The translations under genes and the position numbers were made by a program. From Vezdaea acicularis (lineage: Eukaryota), in the NCBI GenBank assembly GCA_026025075.1, contig JAPEUI010000032.1:1-64000 (forward strand): 64,000 nucleotides of DNA. The letters run 5' to 3'. Shown here one piece after another: positions 16,023 to 29,135 of the stretch; position 1 is the stretch's first letter, and the number at the start of each line of letters is the position of its first letter. A model generated the notes under the pieces. The model was not told the DNA's origin, searched no databases, and saw only the letters and a list, made by a program, of their open reading frames with translations.

Positions 16023-17878
16023 TTACTCTTCCTCTTGCACCAGTTCTTTTATGTCTCCTTCTCTCTTTACGGCAACTTCGCTACCAACTTTGCTAACATG
16101 GTCCTGTTTCCCCTGGGTCAAGGCTACCGCACCAGCTTCCCCGTCTTGCACCCAGAAATCCACCTCATCTACGAGGTCCCAGACGACATCTTCAGCAATT
16201 TGCTCCGCGTAGCGCTCGAACATTGGTCGGACTGATGCTCTTCCACTCGCTGACCGAGTGCCTTGTCTAGGTTTTGAGAGTGGGAGAGGAGGTGACGAGT
16301 CTGCACCTATCATATCCACATCGTCGTCATCCCCTTCGTCCTCATGGGAAATAATCTCAGATGGGGGACACCAAAAGTCCGGACCAAAATTCACCTCTGC
16401 TGCCCCTCCCCGAAATACAGAAAGGGCCGGGTAGTAGCCTAGCTGACCGTCATCTAAGCCTTCTCGCGCTCCGGGCGCCTGGGGCTTGGATGCTGGCGTC
16501 ATGAATGCCAAAAGTGACTCAAAAGGAGTCCCAATGAGCTTTCCGTTATGATATATGCGGATGTAAGAGGCCGGGAGTGTACGGAGTGCTGGGGAAGGAT
16601 GAGTTGGGCTTGGAGGTGTAGGCTTCACGCTTGTCGATGCGGGCGCGGGATGGCAAAGGTCTTCGAGCTCCTTAACCGAGGAGTATTCGTACTGTTCAAA
16701 ATAAAGGTTTTGCTTATAGCGAATAGGTATGCGGTCTCTGATGATGTTCACAGCAACATCTGGGGAGTGCGTCAGCTCGCCTGAGCTTGTCTGTACTCCA
16801 TCGACGGCAGGATTGTAGTTTCCTTCGACAATTTGACGGTGGAGGCTCATAGGTGGAAGACTGATCTCAAGTCCTATCACATCACCTTCAACAAGTGATA
16901 CACCTGGAGGAAAGAAGTCGGTTGGTCGTGACATATGTACCTTCTGCCCGTCGACATCGCGGAGGCCGTAGCTATATGCATCGAATCCAACTGGTGCATC
17001 CAAGCTAGCCTCTCGCCTAGCCCAACCTACACGTACATGACCTCCTATGTCTAATGGTAGATTGTCGTCGACCGAACCGTTCCTCTGGGTCGCGGAAGCA
17101 TCTCCCCGTTTTTGGCGGGCGATGCCGCTTGTGATTTTGCATTCCCAGAACCAGCGACCCTCTCTGACACCAACATTTGCTCGCGCTAGCCGAAAGCCCT
17201 TCTGAGTTGTGATTTGCTTTGCGTCACGAGTGAAAAGGATATGGGAGGAACAGTCTTCATGCGAGATGCGGGCGTGAAAGGGTGGGGTCTCCGTCGGACG
17301 GTAGATCGAAGACGGAAAGCTTCGATCAGCGACACAGTGTGAATATCTGAAACCTTTGCGATTTGTTACGCTATCCAGGATTTAACGCAAGGCTACAATG
17401 ACCGATATAAACGTACTTACGTTTCCGATACCTCATAAAACTGTGTCTCCTTCGCTGACCCATCCCGCGCTGGCTTGTTATGATGTAGAGTGAGGAATGG
17501 CGGATGAGAACCTTCGTAGTCCGAGGCAAGCGGAGGAGGAAGGACGTATCGCAAAGGGGCAAGCATATTGGGAGTTGCATCTTTAGATTTAGGAAGCTTC
17601 AATCCATTCTTGACCGAGGGATCTGGAGTCCCTCGGGTACTGCCAGCAGCTGCTGGACCGGTTTTGGCCTCTCTTTTCTTTAGAGTATCTTTCTTCTCAC
17701 GCCTCTCGCGGGGCATTGCGTCCTTATCCTTTACAGCAGGGGAGGTCTTAACTGTATGCATGAGCTCTTGATAAAGAGGGGAGGATACCGGTGGAGCGTG
17801 TTCATCCTCAAAAGGCCTCTTTTGGGGCATTGAGCCCGCAGGCGTGAGTTCCCGCCTCGGCGAGCTCGTTTCTGCCAT
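16023..17878 (-). CDS. BRE2: COMPASS/Set1C subunit Ash2/Bre2 (SPRY domain; A. nidulans CclA-like), intron 17420-17371
   Basis: NRKGFRYSHC, GFRLARANVGVREGRWFWECKI, HVRVGWARREASLDAPVGFDAYSYGLRD and GYYPALSVFRGGAAEVNFGPDFW motifs; C-terminal RYAEQIAEDVVWDLVDE segment (Sdc1/Dpy30-binding region in the family). Confidence 0.92.
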
Positions 17879-18121
17879 GCCGTGGTAGGCCACGTAGTCT
17901 AAAAACACAGAACTCTGTGATGGATCTTCGCACAGCTTCTCGCAAATTAGCAGGGACCCCTCACGGAATATTCCATGGCGATCACTGTGGAATTTGTTCG
18001 CGAAAAGTTGCCTCCGGAAGACGCCCGTATTTTTTTGCCCCACCAAAGTTTTGTTACATATAAAGCGTAGGGTAATGGGCTCATGTAGCTCGTCCAGCTA
18101 GAAAAAATAATACGGGCCAAT
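17879..18121. promoter_or_regulatory. Compact bidirectional promoter between BRE2/ASH2 and ENP1
   Basis: Head-to-head start codons 243 bp apart. Similar short divergent spacers occur at NCB2/SLH1 (20572-20782), NOT2/MRPL4 (54231-54498) and RER1/enoyl-CoA hydratase (56476-56943). Confidence 0.6.
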
Positions 18122-19667
18122 ATGCCAAGGTCTTCAGCCGCTTCGTCTCATGGCCCCCGACATGAACGTCGACATAATCCGCTGTCCGATGACTTGCGCG
18201 CAACGGGCCCGCTTCGAACGAAGCCTAGTAAGAAAAGGAATCGAAATGAGGAGGGTGAAGGCGAGCAATACGTGAATGCTGAAGCGTCCCGGAAGATCTT
18301 GAAAATTGGTAGGGACCTTGCTGAGGAAGATTATATTGGACAACAAGCCAATCAAGCTTCCCTTGCCTTTGGACTCGATTCGCGCTTTGGAGAAAGCGAA
18401 GAGGAAGACGCAGACGATAACAGTAAAGGAGAAGATGCCTGGGATAACGAAGAGGAGGTCGAGCTAGAAGTTGAGGTAGAGCTTGGTCCCATCAATGGCT
18501 TCTCAGCTTGCTCATAGGAACCTATAGGACCTTAATCCTGAGGATTTAGAAGTATTCAATAAGTTCATGCCTGGCCAAGACCAGACATCGCAACCCCCGG
18601 ACATGCTTGAAAATGGGAAAAGGGAGGAAAGCACCAACTTAGCGGACCTAATATTGGAGAAGATCGCCGCACATGAAGCGACCCAATCTGGCGAACCTGA
18701 TGTGGTGGGCGGCGGCATGCGAGAAGACGCAGTAGAGCTCCCGGCGAAGTTTGTTGAGGTTTATTCCAAGTACATATTCACCATCTAGCCAGTATGAGAG
18801 AAGACTAACATTTCAAGGGTTGGGCTATTGCTATCACATTATAAGTCAGGCAAGCTTCCAAAACCGTTCAAAATCCTGCCCACTGTTCCGTACTGGGAAG
18901 ATTTGCTCGCCATTACGAGACCTGAATCATGGACTGCAAATGCTTGTTACGAAGCGACAAAAATATTCACTTCAAGCAAGCCTTACCAATTTCAGCGCTT
19001 TCTAGAGATTGTACTCCTGGATCGAGTGCGTGATGATATACACGAGACAAAGAAGCTGAACGTCCACCTTTACAAAGCTTTGAAGAAGTCGCTTTATAAA
19101 CCTGCAGCTTTTTTCAAAGGCATCCTCTTCAAACTTGTTGGTAGCGGTACCTGCACGCTTCGAGAAGCACAAATCATTTCTTCTATCCTCGCTAGAGTCT
19201 CGGTACCTATGTTACATTCAGCAGCAGCTCTTTCACGACTTTGTGATATTGCAGCAGAGCAAAGCTCTGTATCTACGGAGGGTACAGGAGCAGTCAATAT
19301 TTTCATCCGGGTGCTACTTGAGAAGAAGTATGCACTTCCTTACCAAGCCATCGATGCTCTAGTATTTCACTTTCTAAGGTTCCGACCTGTCGATCCTGTT
19401 CCAGGCCAACCCGACACTGAATTCCTTCAGCAGATGAGAGACGTGAAGTTACCAGTACTCTGGCATCAATCCCTATTAGCATTTGCACAAAGATACCGAA
19501 ATGATATCACAGAGGATCAAAGGGAAGCACTTTTAGACTTGCTGTTGGTAAGAGGTCATTCGGCGATAGGGCCAGAAGTGAGGAGGGAGTTACTTGAAGG
19601 TAGAGGCAGAGGGTCTGTAATAGAAGAAGCCGGAGCAGATGGCGCCGACGACACCATGATGACATAG
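18122..19667 (+). CDS. ENP1: Bystin / Enp1 pre-40S ribosome assembly factor (2 introns)
   Basis: SRKILKIGRDL, NLADLILEKI, YKSGKLPKPFKILP, LNVHLYKALKKSLYKPAAFFKG and LPVLWHQSLLAFAQRY match the bystin family. Confidence 0.95.
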
Positions 19668-19906
19668 ATCGGCATTTGAACGATATGGGGTTGCTGCTCA
19701 GTTGTTTAGCTGGAGAAATTAGTAGCCATGCTGCTCCTGTAATATATGGACAGCAGCATTTCCGCAGATGATCTGCAAACTCTCTCTAAGTGAACTCCCT
19801 TTCCCATATCGCTACATGATCGCCGAACTCCCCTATAATGTTCGCGAAGCACGCCTGAAACCCGAATCATTGATATCAGCTTTGAGAACAAGCAGCCACT
19901 CATTAA

Positions 19907-20571
19907 TCATTCCGGCCCTTGATTGTACTTGTTTCTCGCAGCACCAAAAAGCTCCTCTTGCTGTCGCAACAACTCCGCTTCGGACAGCCCACTCTGCTCC
20001 ATTTTCGACTGTTTCTTCTCCCTTGACTGTGGCACAGAATCTTGTAAGTCCTAAACGGTTGTAAATCCATCATAATCTTGATCAACTCACCTTCATCTGC
20101 TCCTTGTGCTCAGCGGCAACTTCAAGGACTTCGGGAATGTAGTCATTGAACTCTAAGTGCTCTAGAGCTTTCGTGACGTGCTCACAAGCTATTGTCTTCT
20201 TGGCCTCTTTTTCTGCTATCTCGTTTGCCTCGGAGGAGACGAGTGTGATAAACTCAACGCAACATTCGATCAGAAGATCTCGAGCATCCTTCCCAAATGT
20301 GAGGTTTGAAACATGTGGCAGGATTTCACTGATAATTTTCTGAACGGTAGCTAAGTTCAGCCATTAGTAACCACTCACTTGAGACTAGAACAAGATATCA
20401 TGCAAAAAGTATCTTGCTCTGGTGGGGCTGTGAACATACCTTTAGGTAAGGATAGGTCATCATTTGATGCTTTTCTTCTGCTTAGCTCCATGATCTTATG
20501 AGAACTTGCGAAGCAGGGGGGCAAGGGTAGTAGAGAATAGGGAACATACCTCCAAACTCGTGGTCGGACAT
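19907..20571 (-). CDS. NCB2: Negative cofactor 2 beta subunit (Dr1/Ncb2), histone-fold protein, 4 exons
   Basis: Spliced translation reads MSDHEFGASNDDLSLPKATVQKIISEILP...RDLLIECCVEFITLVSSEANEIAEKEAKKTIACEHVTKALEHLEF...SREKKQSKMEQSGLSEAELLRQQEELF. The ORF track misses it because of the introns. Confidence 0.93.
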
Positions 20572-20782
20572 GTTGCTGTTCTTTATAAACAAGTTCTAGT
20601 TGAGGGTGAACACAAAGACGGAGAGTTGTGAATGAATAACTTCAACTAACAGCGCCTCCTATTGGTTGTTAAGCGACAAAAAATTGTCTTGGCGTCTGTA
20701 AACGCTCGACACTACTATGTCTGCTAACCTCTTGATATCCCACCTGCCGAAGGGACACTAACTCAAATAATAAATCATCAAC

Positions 20783-23700
20783 ATGTCTCCATCGATAGGG
20801 GAATGGGAAAATACCTGGCTTGGGCAGTTGGATTCGATGCGCAAAGCGATTGCGGACTTAAAATTACCTGAATCGTACCCGAACCATCAGAATACTTATG
20901 GTCAAGATATAATTTTTGATGAAGAAGAGCTGTTCACTGGAAGTGAGAGTGGAGACTTCTGGGATACTGCTAGTGATGAACATACAGGGGTCTATGAAGT
21001 AGCGCATATTGAAGACTCGGGCCTGGTTCTTGAAGATCAGCTTTCGTCCCGAGGGGCACATGATCAAAGCTGGCTCCGGCAACAATGTGTGGAATTTACA
21101 AGGCGAAAACCTGGTCTTGATCCTGGCGAACTACAAGCGCAGATTGTTGCGCTTCTGGTTTCTGACAATACTGGTCAGTGTGACAGGCTACGCGTGAGAG
21201 TAATTGCTAAACACTAGAACAGATGATGAGCTTCAGTCAATGCTGGCCGATGTCCTTGGGTTTGATGATCTCGATCTTGTGATAGAGCTTATCGCGGCCC
21301 GTGAGAATGTAGTCGTACAGGAGAAAAACCCTGTAAAAAAGACGAATGGAATATCAGGGCGATTACAGACAAGACGGGAGCGAGAGGCTGCACTCAATCA
21401 GCAGGACTTTGAACATAAGAAAGCTGCTTTAGGTCCGGGTTTAGACCGAGATGGGCCGCAATATCCGCATGTGTACAAGGTGCATGAGGCTGGAAATACA
21501 CTTAGTGTAGGCGGAAAGAGATATGCTTTGCCCTTTGGAAGTCAGACATTTGATCGCGAGGTACCTGCAACCCTACTTTTGTTCATTCTGAGCAATTCCT
21601 GGTTAACATACTTCGCAGAAGTACTTAGAGCACGCAATTCCGGCAAATAAAGTGGGCGTACTAGGTGCGGGCCGCAGCCTAGTCGAAGTCTCCGAGATGG
21701 ACGGGCTCTGTAAGAGAACCTTCCAGGGATATAAGACCCTCAATAGGATGCAGAGCCTCGTGTATCCGGTCGCCTATCAGACAAATGAGAACATGTTGAT
21801 ATGCGCTCCAACTGGCGCTGTAAGACATCCTTCCTCGAGAATATCCCTTAATTAGCGTACTAATGGTGCTTTTGAAGGGTAAAACTGATGCTGCCGTTCT
21901 GACGATTCTGAGCACTATTGCAAAGAATACGACTCCTAACCCGCTTGATGATCCTTCAGCGTTGGAGTTTGCGGTCCAGACTGAAGATTTCAAAGTCATA
22001 TATGTGGCTCCAATGAAAGCGCTTGCGGCTGAAATTACTGATAAGCTTGCAAAGCGTTTTGGCTGGCTGGGCATTCGGGTTCGGGAGCTAACTGGCGACA
22101 TGCATCTTACCAAAAAAGAGATTCTGGAAACACAAGTCATTGTGACGACGCCAGAGAAATGGGATGTTGTCACTAGGAAGAGTACTGGGGATACCGAGCT
22201 TGTGCAGAAAGTCAGACTTCTAATCATCGACGAAGTCCACATGTTGCACGACGAAAGAGGTGCAGTAATCGAGTCTATTGTTGCAAGAACCCAGCGACAA
22301 GTTGAGAGTACGCAGTCGTTGATTCGGATCGTGGGTCTATCAGCTACCTTACCGAATTATATCGATGTTGCCGACTTTCTCAAAGTCAACCGCATGGCCG
22401 GTCTCTTTTACTTTGATGCGTCTTTCCGACCCGTGCCCTTAGAGCAGCACTTCCTTGGCGTCAAGGGTAAAACTGGATCGAAAATATCGCGGGACAATAT
22501 TGACGCTGTTGCGTTCGAGAAGGTGATAGATATGCTTCGCGAAGGACATCAAGTCATGGTTTTCGTGCACTCGAGAAAGGATACGCTTAATACGGCTCGT
22601 ATGCTTTTCCAAAAGGCTACAGATGAGCAATGTACAGATCTGTTCAACCCAAAGGAGCATCCAAAGTATGAGTGGGCAGAAAGAGAGATGAAGTCCTCTA
22701 GGGGTAAGGAATTGAGGGAGCTACTTCCACGTGCGATGGGAACCCACCATGCGGGCATGGCTCGATCTGATAGGAATCTCATGGAGAAGTTATTCGCGGA
22801 GGGTGTGCTCAAGATCCTTTGTTGTACTGCAACGCTTGCCTGGGGTGTCAACTTACCCGCAGCTGCAGTAGTTATTAAAGGGACACAAATTTACAGCGCG
22901 CAAGAAGGAAAATTCGTTGACCTCGGAATTCTTGACGTGCTTCAAATATTTGGTCGGGCGGGACGACCTCAGTATCAGGACACAGGGATTGGCCTCATCA
23001 TCACAACCCACGACAAGCTAGATCACTATCTTTCCGCCGTCACGCAGCAGCATCCGATTGAATCCAAATTTTCGGCAAAGATAGTCGATAACCTCAATGC
23101 TGAAATTGCACTTGGCACAGTTACTTCTATACCAGAAGCTGTGCGATGGGTAGGCTACTCGTACCTCTTTGTCCGTATGCAGAGAAATCCGCTTTTCTAT
23201 GCTATAGACTGGGCAGAGCAAAGGGATGATCCTCAACTTGTCCAGAGGAGACGTCTCTTGGTCATCAATGCTGCAAAGGTCTTACAGAGAAGCCAAATGA
23301 TCATCTATAACGAGAACACAGACGAGCTCCGGAGCAAAGACGTGGGGCGGATCGCAAGTCAATATTATGTGTTGCAGGCGAGTATTGAAATGTTCAACAA
23401 GAAAATGCGGCCAAAGTCGACCGAGGCAGATATTCTGAGAATGATAAGTATGAGTGGAGAGTTTAGCAATGTCCAATCACGAGAGAGCGAATCGCAGGAG
23501 CTCACTCAATTGAAGGATAATGAAGACATTGTTCCCGCCGATGTTGGCAGAAGCGTAGATTCGTCGCAGGCTAAGACAAATATCCTTTTACAGGCTTACA
23601 TCTCTAGGGCAAGAATAGAGGACTTTGCACTAGTCTCCGATACCGCTTACGTTGCCCAGAATGCTGCCCGTATATGCCGGGCGTTATTTATGATTGCATT

Positions 23701-26700
23701 GAACAGGAGATGGGGCTATCAATGTTCAATCTTACTGTCGTTGTGTAAATCTATCGAGAAGCAGTGAGTCTCTCTAGTGACACATCGGCCTTGTTGCTTA
23801 CTTCGATGCAGGATCTGGCCCTTCCAGCACCCTTTCCATCAATTTGATCTCCCCCAGCCGGTACTCAGGAATCTGGATTCGAAAGGAACATCCTCGTCCA
23901 TAGATTCGCTAAGAGAGATGGATTCTGCGGAGATTGGGTCTCTGGTTCATAATCACCGGATGGGCAAGACTATCTCTCAGCTTCTTGAGAACTTCCCTAC
24001 ATTGACGATTGAATCTGAGATAGCGCCACTGAATCGTGATGTACTCCGCATTCGACTTTACGTTAGTCCAGACTTCCGCTGGAATGACCGACACAATGGT
24101 ACTTCAGAGTCTTACTGGGTCTGGGTTGAGAACTCAGAAACTTCCGAGGTCTATCACCACGAGTTTTTCCTACTCACTCGTAAGAAGCTTTACGATGATC
24201 ATGAACTAAACTTCACGATTCCACTCTCAGATCCAATGCCAACTCAGATATATGTGAGAGCAATCTCGGATCGATGGCTCGGTGCCGAAACGGTCACCCC
24301 GATATCCTTCAAACACCTTATTAGACCTGATACCGAGAGCGTCTATACGGATTTATTGAACCTACAGCCGCTCCCTATCACTGCTTTAAAGCATCCTGTA
24401 CTAGAAGAAATATACGGTCAAAGATTCCAATATTTCAACCCTATGCAAACACAGATCTTCCACTGTCTGTATCACACAAGCTCAAACGTTCTTCTCGGTT
24501 CGCCGACTGGAAGCGGGAAGACCGTTGCTGCAGAATTAGCAATGTGGTGGGCATTCCGAGAGAAGCCCGGTTCGAAAGTGGTCTATATTGCGCCTATGAA
24601 AGCTCTTGTTCGCGAGCGAGTTCAGGACTGGCGGAAGCGCCTAACCCAGAAAATGGGGTTGAGGCTTGTTGAATTAACTGGAGACAATACACCTGATACT
24701 CGCACTATCCGTGACGCTGATATTATTATAACTACTCCCGAAAAGTGGGATGGCATAAGCCGTAGTTGGCAGACAAGAGGCTATGTGCGCCAAGTAAGTC
24801 TGGTCATCATTGATGAAATACACCTCCTTGGTGGAGATAGAGGTCCTATTCTGGAGATTATTGTATCAAGGACGAACTATATCGCTGCACAGTCAAAGAG
24901 TCCAGTGCGCTTGGTTGGCATGTCAACCGCTTGTGCAAATGCTACAGATCTAGGCAATTGGCTTGGGGTTAAAGATGGACTGTACAACTTTCGGCACTCC
25001 GTGCGCCCAGTACCTCTAGAAATTTACATCGACGGCTTTCCAGAGCAACGTGGATTCTGCCCTTTGATGCAATCTATGAATCGGCCTACATATCTTGCCA
25101 TCAAGAACCACTCTCCGGACAAGCCTGTTATCGTTTTCGTTGCCTCGCGTCGGCAGACACGTCTTACAGCTAAAGACCTCATCAACCTTTGTGGAATGGA
25201 GGATAACCCCCGAAGTTTTCTGTTCATGTCGGAAGAAGACCTGCAGCTTAATCTGACTAGGGTAAAAGATGAGAGCCTTCGAGAGTCTCTCAATTTTGGC
25301 ATCGGCCTTCATCATGCAGGTCTTGTGGAATCTGATAGGCAGCTTGCCGAGGAATTGTTTGCAAACAACAAGATTCAAGTACTCGTCGCCACGAGCACAC
25401 TGGCATGGGGCGTCAATCTTCCTGCTCACCTTGTTGTTGTTAAGGGCACACAATTTTTTGATGCCAAAACTGAAGGCTATAAGGATATGGATCTGACAGA
25501 TGTCCTTCAGATGCTTGGTCGAGCTGGTCGACCCCAGTTTGATACTTCTGGTATTGCACGTATATTCACGCAAGACGCAAAGAAAGAGTTCTATAAACAC
25601 TTTCTCCATACGGGGTTTCCTGTTGAGTCAACCCTACATAAAGTGCTTGATAACCATCTGGCCGCCGAAGTATCCGCAGAGACCATTGCAACTAAACAAG
25701 ATGCGCTTGATTACCTGACCTGGACCTTCTTCTTTCGCCGGCTCCATAAGAATCCTTCTTACTATGGCCTCGAGTTATCAGCCGAGGAACATAGTAGCTC
25801 CGCCGCTCAAGTCCTTGCTAACGATTTCATGGTAAATATGGTCGACAAGTCTTTAGACGAACTAGCAGAATCTAGTTGTATTATCGTGCATTCAAATGGC
25901 GATATCGACTCGACAGCTCTTGGCAAGATAATGAGTTACTACTACCTCTCGCACAAGACAATTCGGCACCTGATCAGCCATGCAAGAAGGGATGCGACTT
26001 TTGAACAGGTCCTATCGTGGATGTGCTGCGCTACTGAATACGACGAGCTCCCCGTTCGCCACAACGAAGACCTCATCAACGCAGAACTCTCTAAAAACCT
26101 CCCATTTGGCGCCGAGAGCCTTAATCTACCGATGTGGGACCCCCATGTGAAGGCCTTTCTGCTAATACAGGCGTATTTATCGGGGATCGATCTTCCAATC
26201 TCGGACTACGTCACAGATCAGAATTCGGTTCTAGATCAGAGCATCCGCATAATTCAAGCGAGTATCGACGTACTGACAGAGCTTGGTTACTTCTCTAGTT
26301 GTGCTATGATGATAACGCTCTTGCAGTGTCTCAAATCTGCTCGTTGGCCTGGAGATGGGCCGCTTTCTATCATTCCTGGAATTGAGGTCAACAGAGAACG
26401 CAAGCGGGCGGAAGAGGGGAAGACAAACCCACATACGCTTATGGAGCTCGCCACTATGCAGAAGTCGGCCGTGGAGCTAGTACTTAAGCAGGGCGGTGTC
26501 CTACAGCCCCAGTTAGGCCAAGCATTCCGAGCTGTTGCTTCGCTACCGTGCTTACAGGTCAACGTAACGAATCTCTCAACTACATCCTTCACTGTTCACC
26601 TTGCTCGCCAGAATGCAACTGTTCTGCCCGAGTATCGCATGTATGCCCCAAGATTCCCGAAGCCGCAGATGGAGGGTTTTATTTTGATAGTCACCGAGCA

Positions 26701-26920
26701 CGGCCAGGGCGATGTAGTGGCGCTTAAGAGAATCTCGTGGCCTCCAGGAAGCAACAGAAAGCCCTCAACAAGAGTGCAGATCAAGCTGGAGAATACTGGA
26801 AAGGAAAGGAAGGTAGATGTGAAGGTATTTAGCGATGGATATATACGCATGGTCTGGAGAGTTGAAGGCGTGGAGATTCCAGCGGCTCCGCAGGTCGAAA
26901 ATCGCCCATCGAAGGGATGA
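20783..26920 (+). CDS. SLH1: Ski2-like tandem-cassette helicase Slh1/Rqt2 (ASCC3 orthologue), 4 introns
   Basis: Two DExH helicase cassettes (APTGA|GKT...DEVH and SPTGSGKT...DEIH), each followed by a Sec63-type domain. PQYPHVY N-terminal motif and [13 protein letters not shown]-terminal motif. The N-terminus is not Brr2-like. Confidence 0.92.
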
Positions 26921-27265
26921 GCAGGCCTTAGCGTATCGAGCGAGCGGAGATCATCCTTCTTGAGGACCACAGACTAAATGTGTCCTCAATTAAAGAGAGA
27001 TGATACACATCGATGAGTGCTGTAGTTTGAGATGCGTGAGGTTGTGTTCTAGCTTCTTGTCAGTATGGTTCAAAACCAAACAATGTTTACTAAATGCATG
27101 GAGACAGATAACGCCTTCCCAACGCATAGAAACGGGTGATGCCTACCTGTTGTGTCCAAAAAGAGAAAGCTTACCCAACGCCACTAAGAATAGCTCGAAC
27201 GCATCCAGAAGCCATGTACTTTTGACATAGCTGAGTCTACCCGTCTCCAAGGGATCTAGTAGTGG

Positions 27266-27505
27266 CTAGCTGAGCTTGATATGGTGACTGGGTTGCATCA
27301 CTAGCTTGGCTTGCTGAAAACGCCTCTCGACCTTGTCCGCCATCTCACTTGCCAGTGTACGAACCGCCTGCTTCAAAGAGGGCTGGACAGTTGTCTCGGG
27401 GTTGAGATACTGGAGCCGCGGACATTGCCCGGCGAGCCGCCCGAGCTCGCATAACCGCACGTCCTCGACTTCATCGAAGTTTTTAGATGATATAATGTGA
27501 CACAT
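27266..27505 (-). other. Possible small ORF or gene remnant (79 aa)
   Basis: True ATG start and protein-like composition (DEVEDVRLCELGRLAGQCPRLQYLNPE). No family recognised. Confidence 0.2.
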
Positions 27506-27817
27506 ATTGAACGTGTTTTGTAATAATAGGAGTGATAATTTCAGGGTAAGCTTTGATGATATAGTAGTAGTATGAGATCAGTGAAATCGGAGGGAACTGT
27601 TATGAAGGAAGGATGGGGGAGTTTCGGGCGATATTTCCGGCTTTTAAAGGCCATACTGTGAGTCAGTGGGTGTGGATCAGAAGCTTTCCCTGCGCCTAGT
27701 GGGGTTGGTGATGACCTGGTGAGATCGTGGAAATAGTGGATACCAGCTGAGGCTGAAGTTTAGGCCCCCTTTAGCGCGGCATGGCGTACCAAAGTTGAAA
27801 TACTAGATATGATCTGC

Positions 27818-28681
27818 CTACGTCCTAACTTGCCCCAGATACAAGTCCGGGTTTTCCCAAACTAACCCGCCTGCTGCTTCGCAACAGGACATCCCGACAT
27901 ACGTGCTATTGCAGGCGCAAGGCATGTCATCCCTTTTCTTCAGGCCCCAGCTCGAACTCGATATCGGGCTTGTGCATGCCATCTGCCACAGTCTTGTCCT
28001 AGGATCCACCGTCATCCCTTTACACTCTCCTCCGCAGGCGTAACAATCTTTCATGCTTGAGCAGGGCAGATGCGACGAACACTGCTCCCTTGGCGTTGAC
28101 GCGCCCGACCCGAAGAATGTTCCACTGCTCCCCCCACTACTACCCGGAGTACCTCTTCTGCTCCCCTTACGAAAAGGCTCTTTTCTCCTCTTGTCTACCC
28201 AATCCTGCTGAGCATAATGGAGCTCCATCTGCCTACGCATTCTCTCCATCAACAGGTACCCCTCGTCTTTCCATGGCAACTGCTCCTCGTCATAGCATTT
28301 GCAATTCTGTTCGCAGTAACCTCGTATGAACTCACTGTCCCAAAGAATAGGATTGAGCCCCGCTTTTTCCCGTAGGCAATTGACGGACTTTCCGGAGTCG
28401 GAGCATTGGCAGCCAACCGTTGAGCGCGTCCGCTGATAGGTCGCTTTACAGAGCGCGTTGAGTGATTCAAAATCCTTTCTCTCGAAGGGAAGGTCGATGA
28501 AATATATATCGTGCGGAACCTCTGCTTCACACTCGACCCAGCCCTCGGGCTGGGTTACGACTCGCCGAAGCCAAGGGACGTCACCAGAGCCGCTGCTGCT
28601 AGAGGCCAGGCTACCAGCCGCAACAAGCGTGTTGAAGATTGAGGAGATAAAGAAACAGAAAATTAGAACGAAACTATGCAT
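27818..28681 (-). CDS. Secreted cysteine-rich protein (287 aa, intronless) with dibasic processing sites
   Basis: Hydrophobic N-terminus MHSFVLIFCFFISSIFNTLVAAG. 18 Cys in the mature region in three clusters. RR, KRRK and KKR dibasic sites. N-glycosylation sequon NST. Confidence 0.8.
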   Translation of the reverse strand: MHSFVLIFCFFISSIFNTLVAAGSLASSSSGSGDVPWLRRVVTQPEGWVECEAEVPHDIYFIDLPFERKDFESLNALCKATYQRTRSTVGCQCSDSGKSVNCLREKAGLNPILWDSEFIRGYCEQNCKCYDEEQLPWKDEGYLLMERMRRQMELHYAQQDWVDKRRKEPFRKGSRRGTPGSSGGSSGTFFGSGASTPREQCSSHLPCSSMKDCYACGGECKGMTVDPRTRLWQMACTSPISSSSWGLKKRDDMPCACNSTYVGMSCCEAAGGLVWENPDLYLGQVRT

Positions 28682-29135
28682 CTTCAAGGCCGTAAAGGGA
28701 GTATCTTTGGATTCCAAAAGAAGAAGAACCGCGGATATAGAAGAAAGTACAAAATCCTAACATACAAGAAAACTTGTATTTGTGTCCGAAGCAGATAGCC
28801 ATGAGCGCTTTTTGGGCCGTGCCTCTGAGCAAACACGTTTTCTGAATTCCTGGCAGGACGTGGTTTCTGATAATCTAATTACCGCAGCGGTGTCGTAAGC
28901 TGATCCGTGCCGCGGCAAGTGATCGAATTTCTTCACACCCACTTATGCGAGACTTGAATGTACTTATGATTTTTTGCAAATGAAGACAGGTCGGGGCATT
29001 TCAAGCTCCCTAAGTAGTGTTAGAGCTTCAAGCAATTTGTTGACTACCCTAACACACATCAGTGGACAGTCCGCTGCTGCCCCACTTCTTTATAGACGCT
29101 CCAAATTCTTCTACAATACCACCGCCCCACCAACA

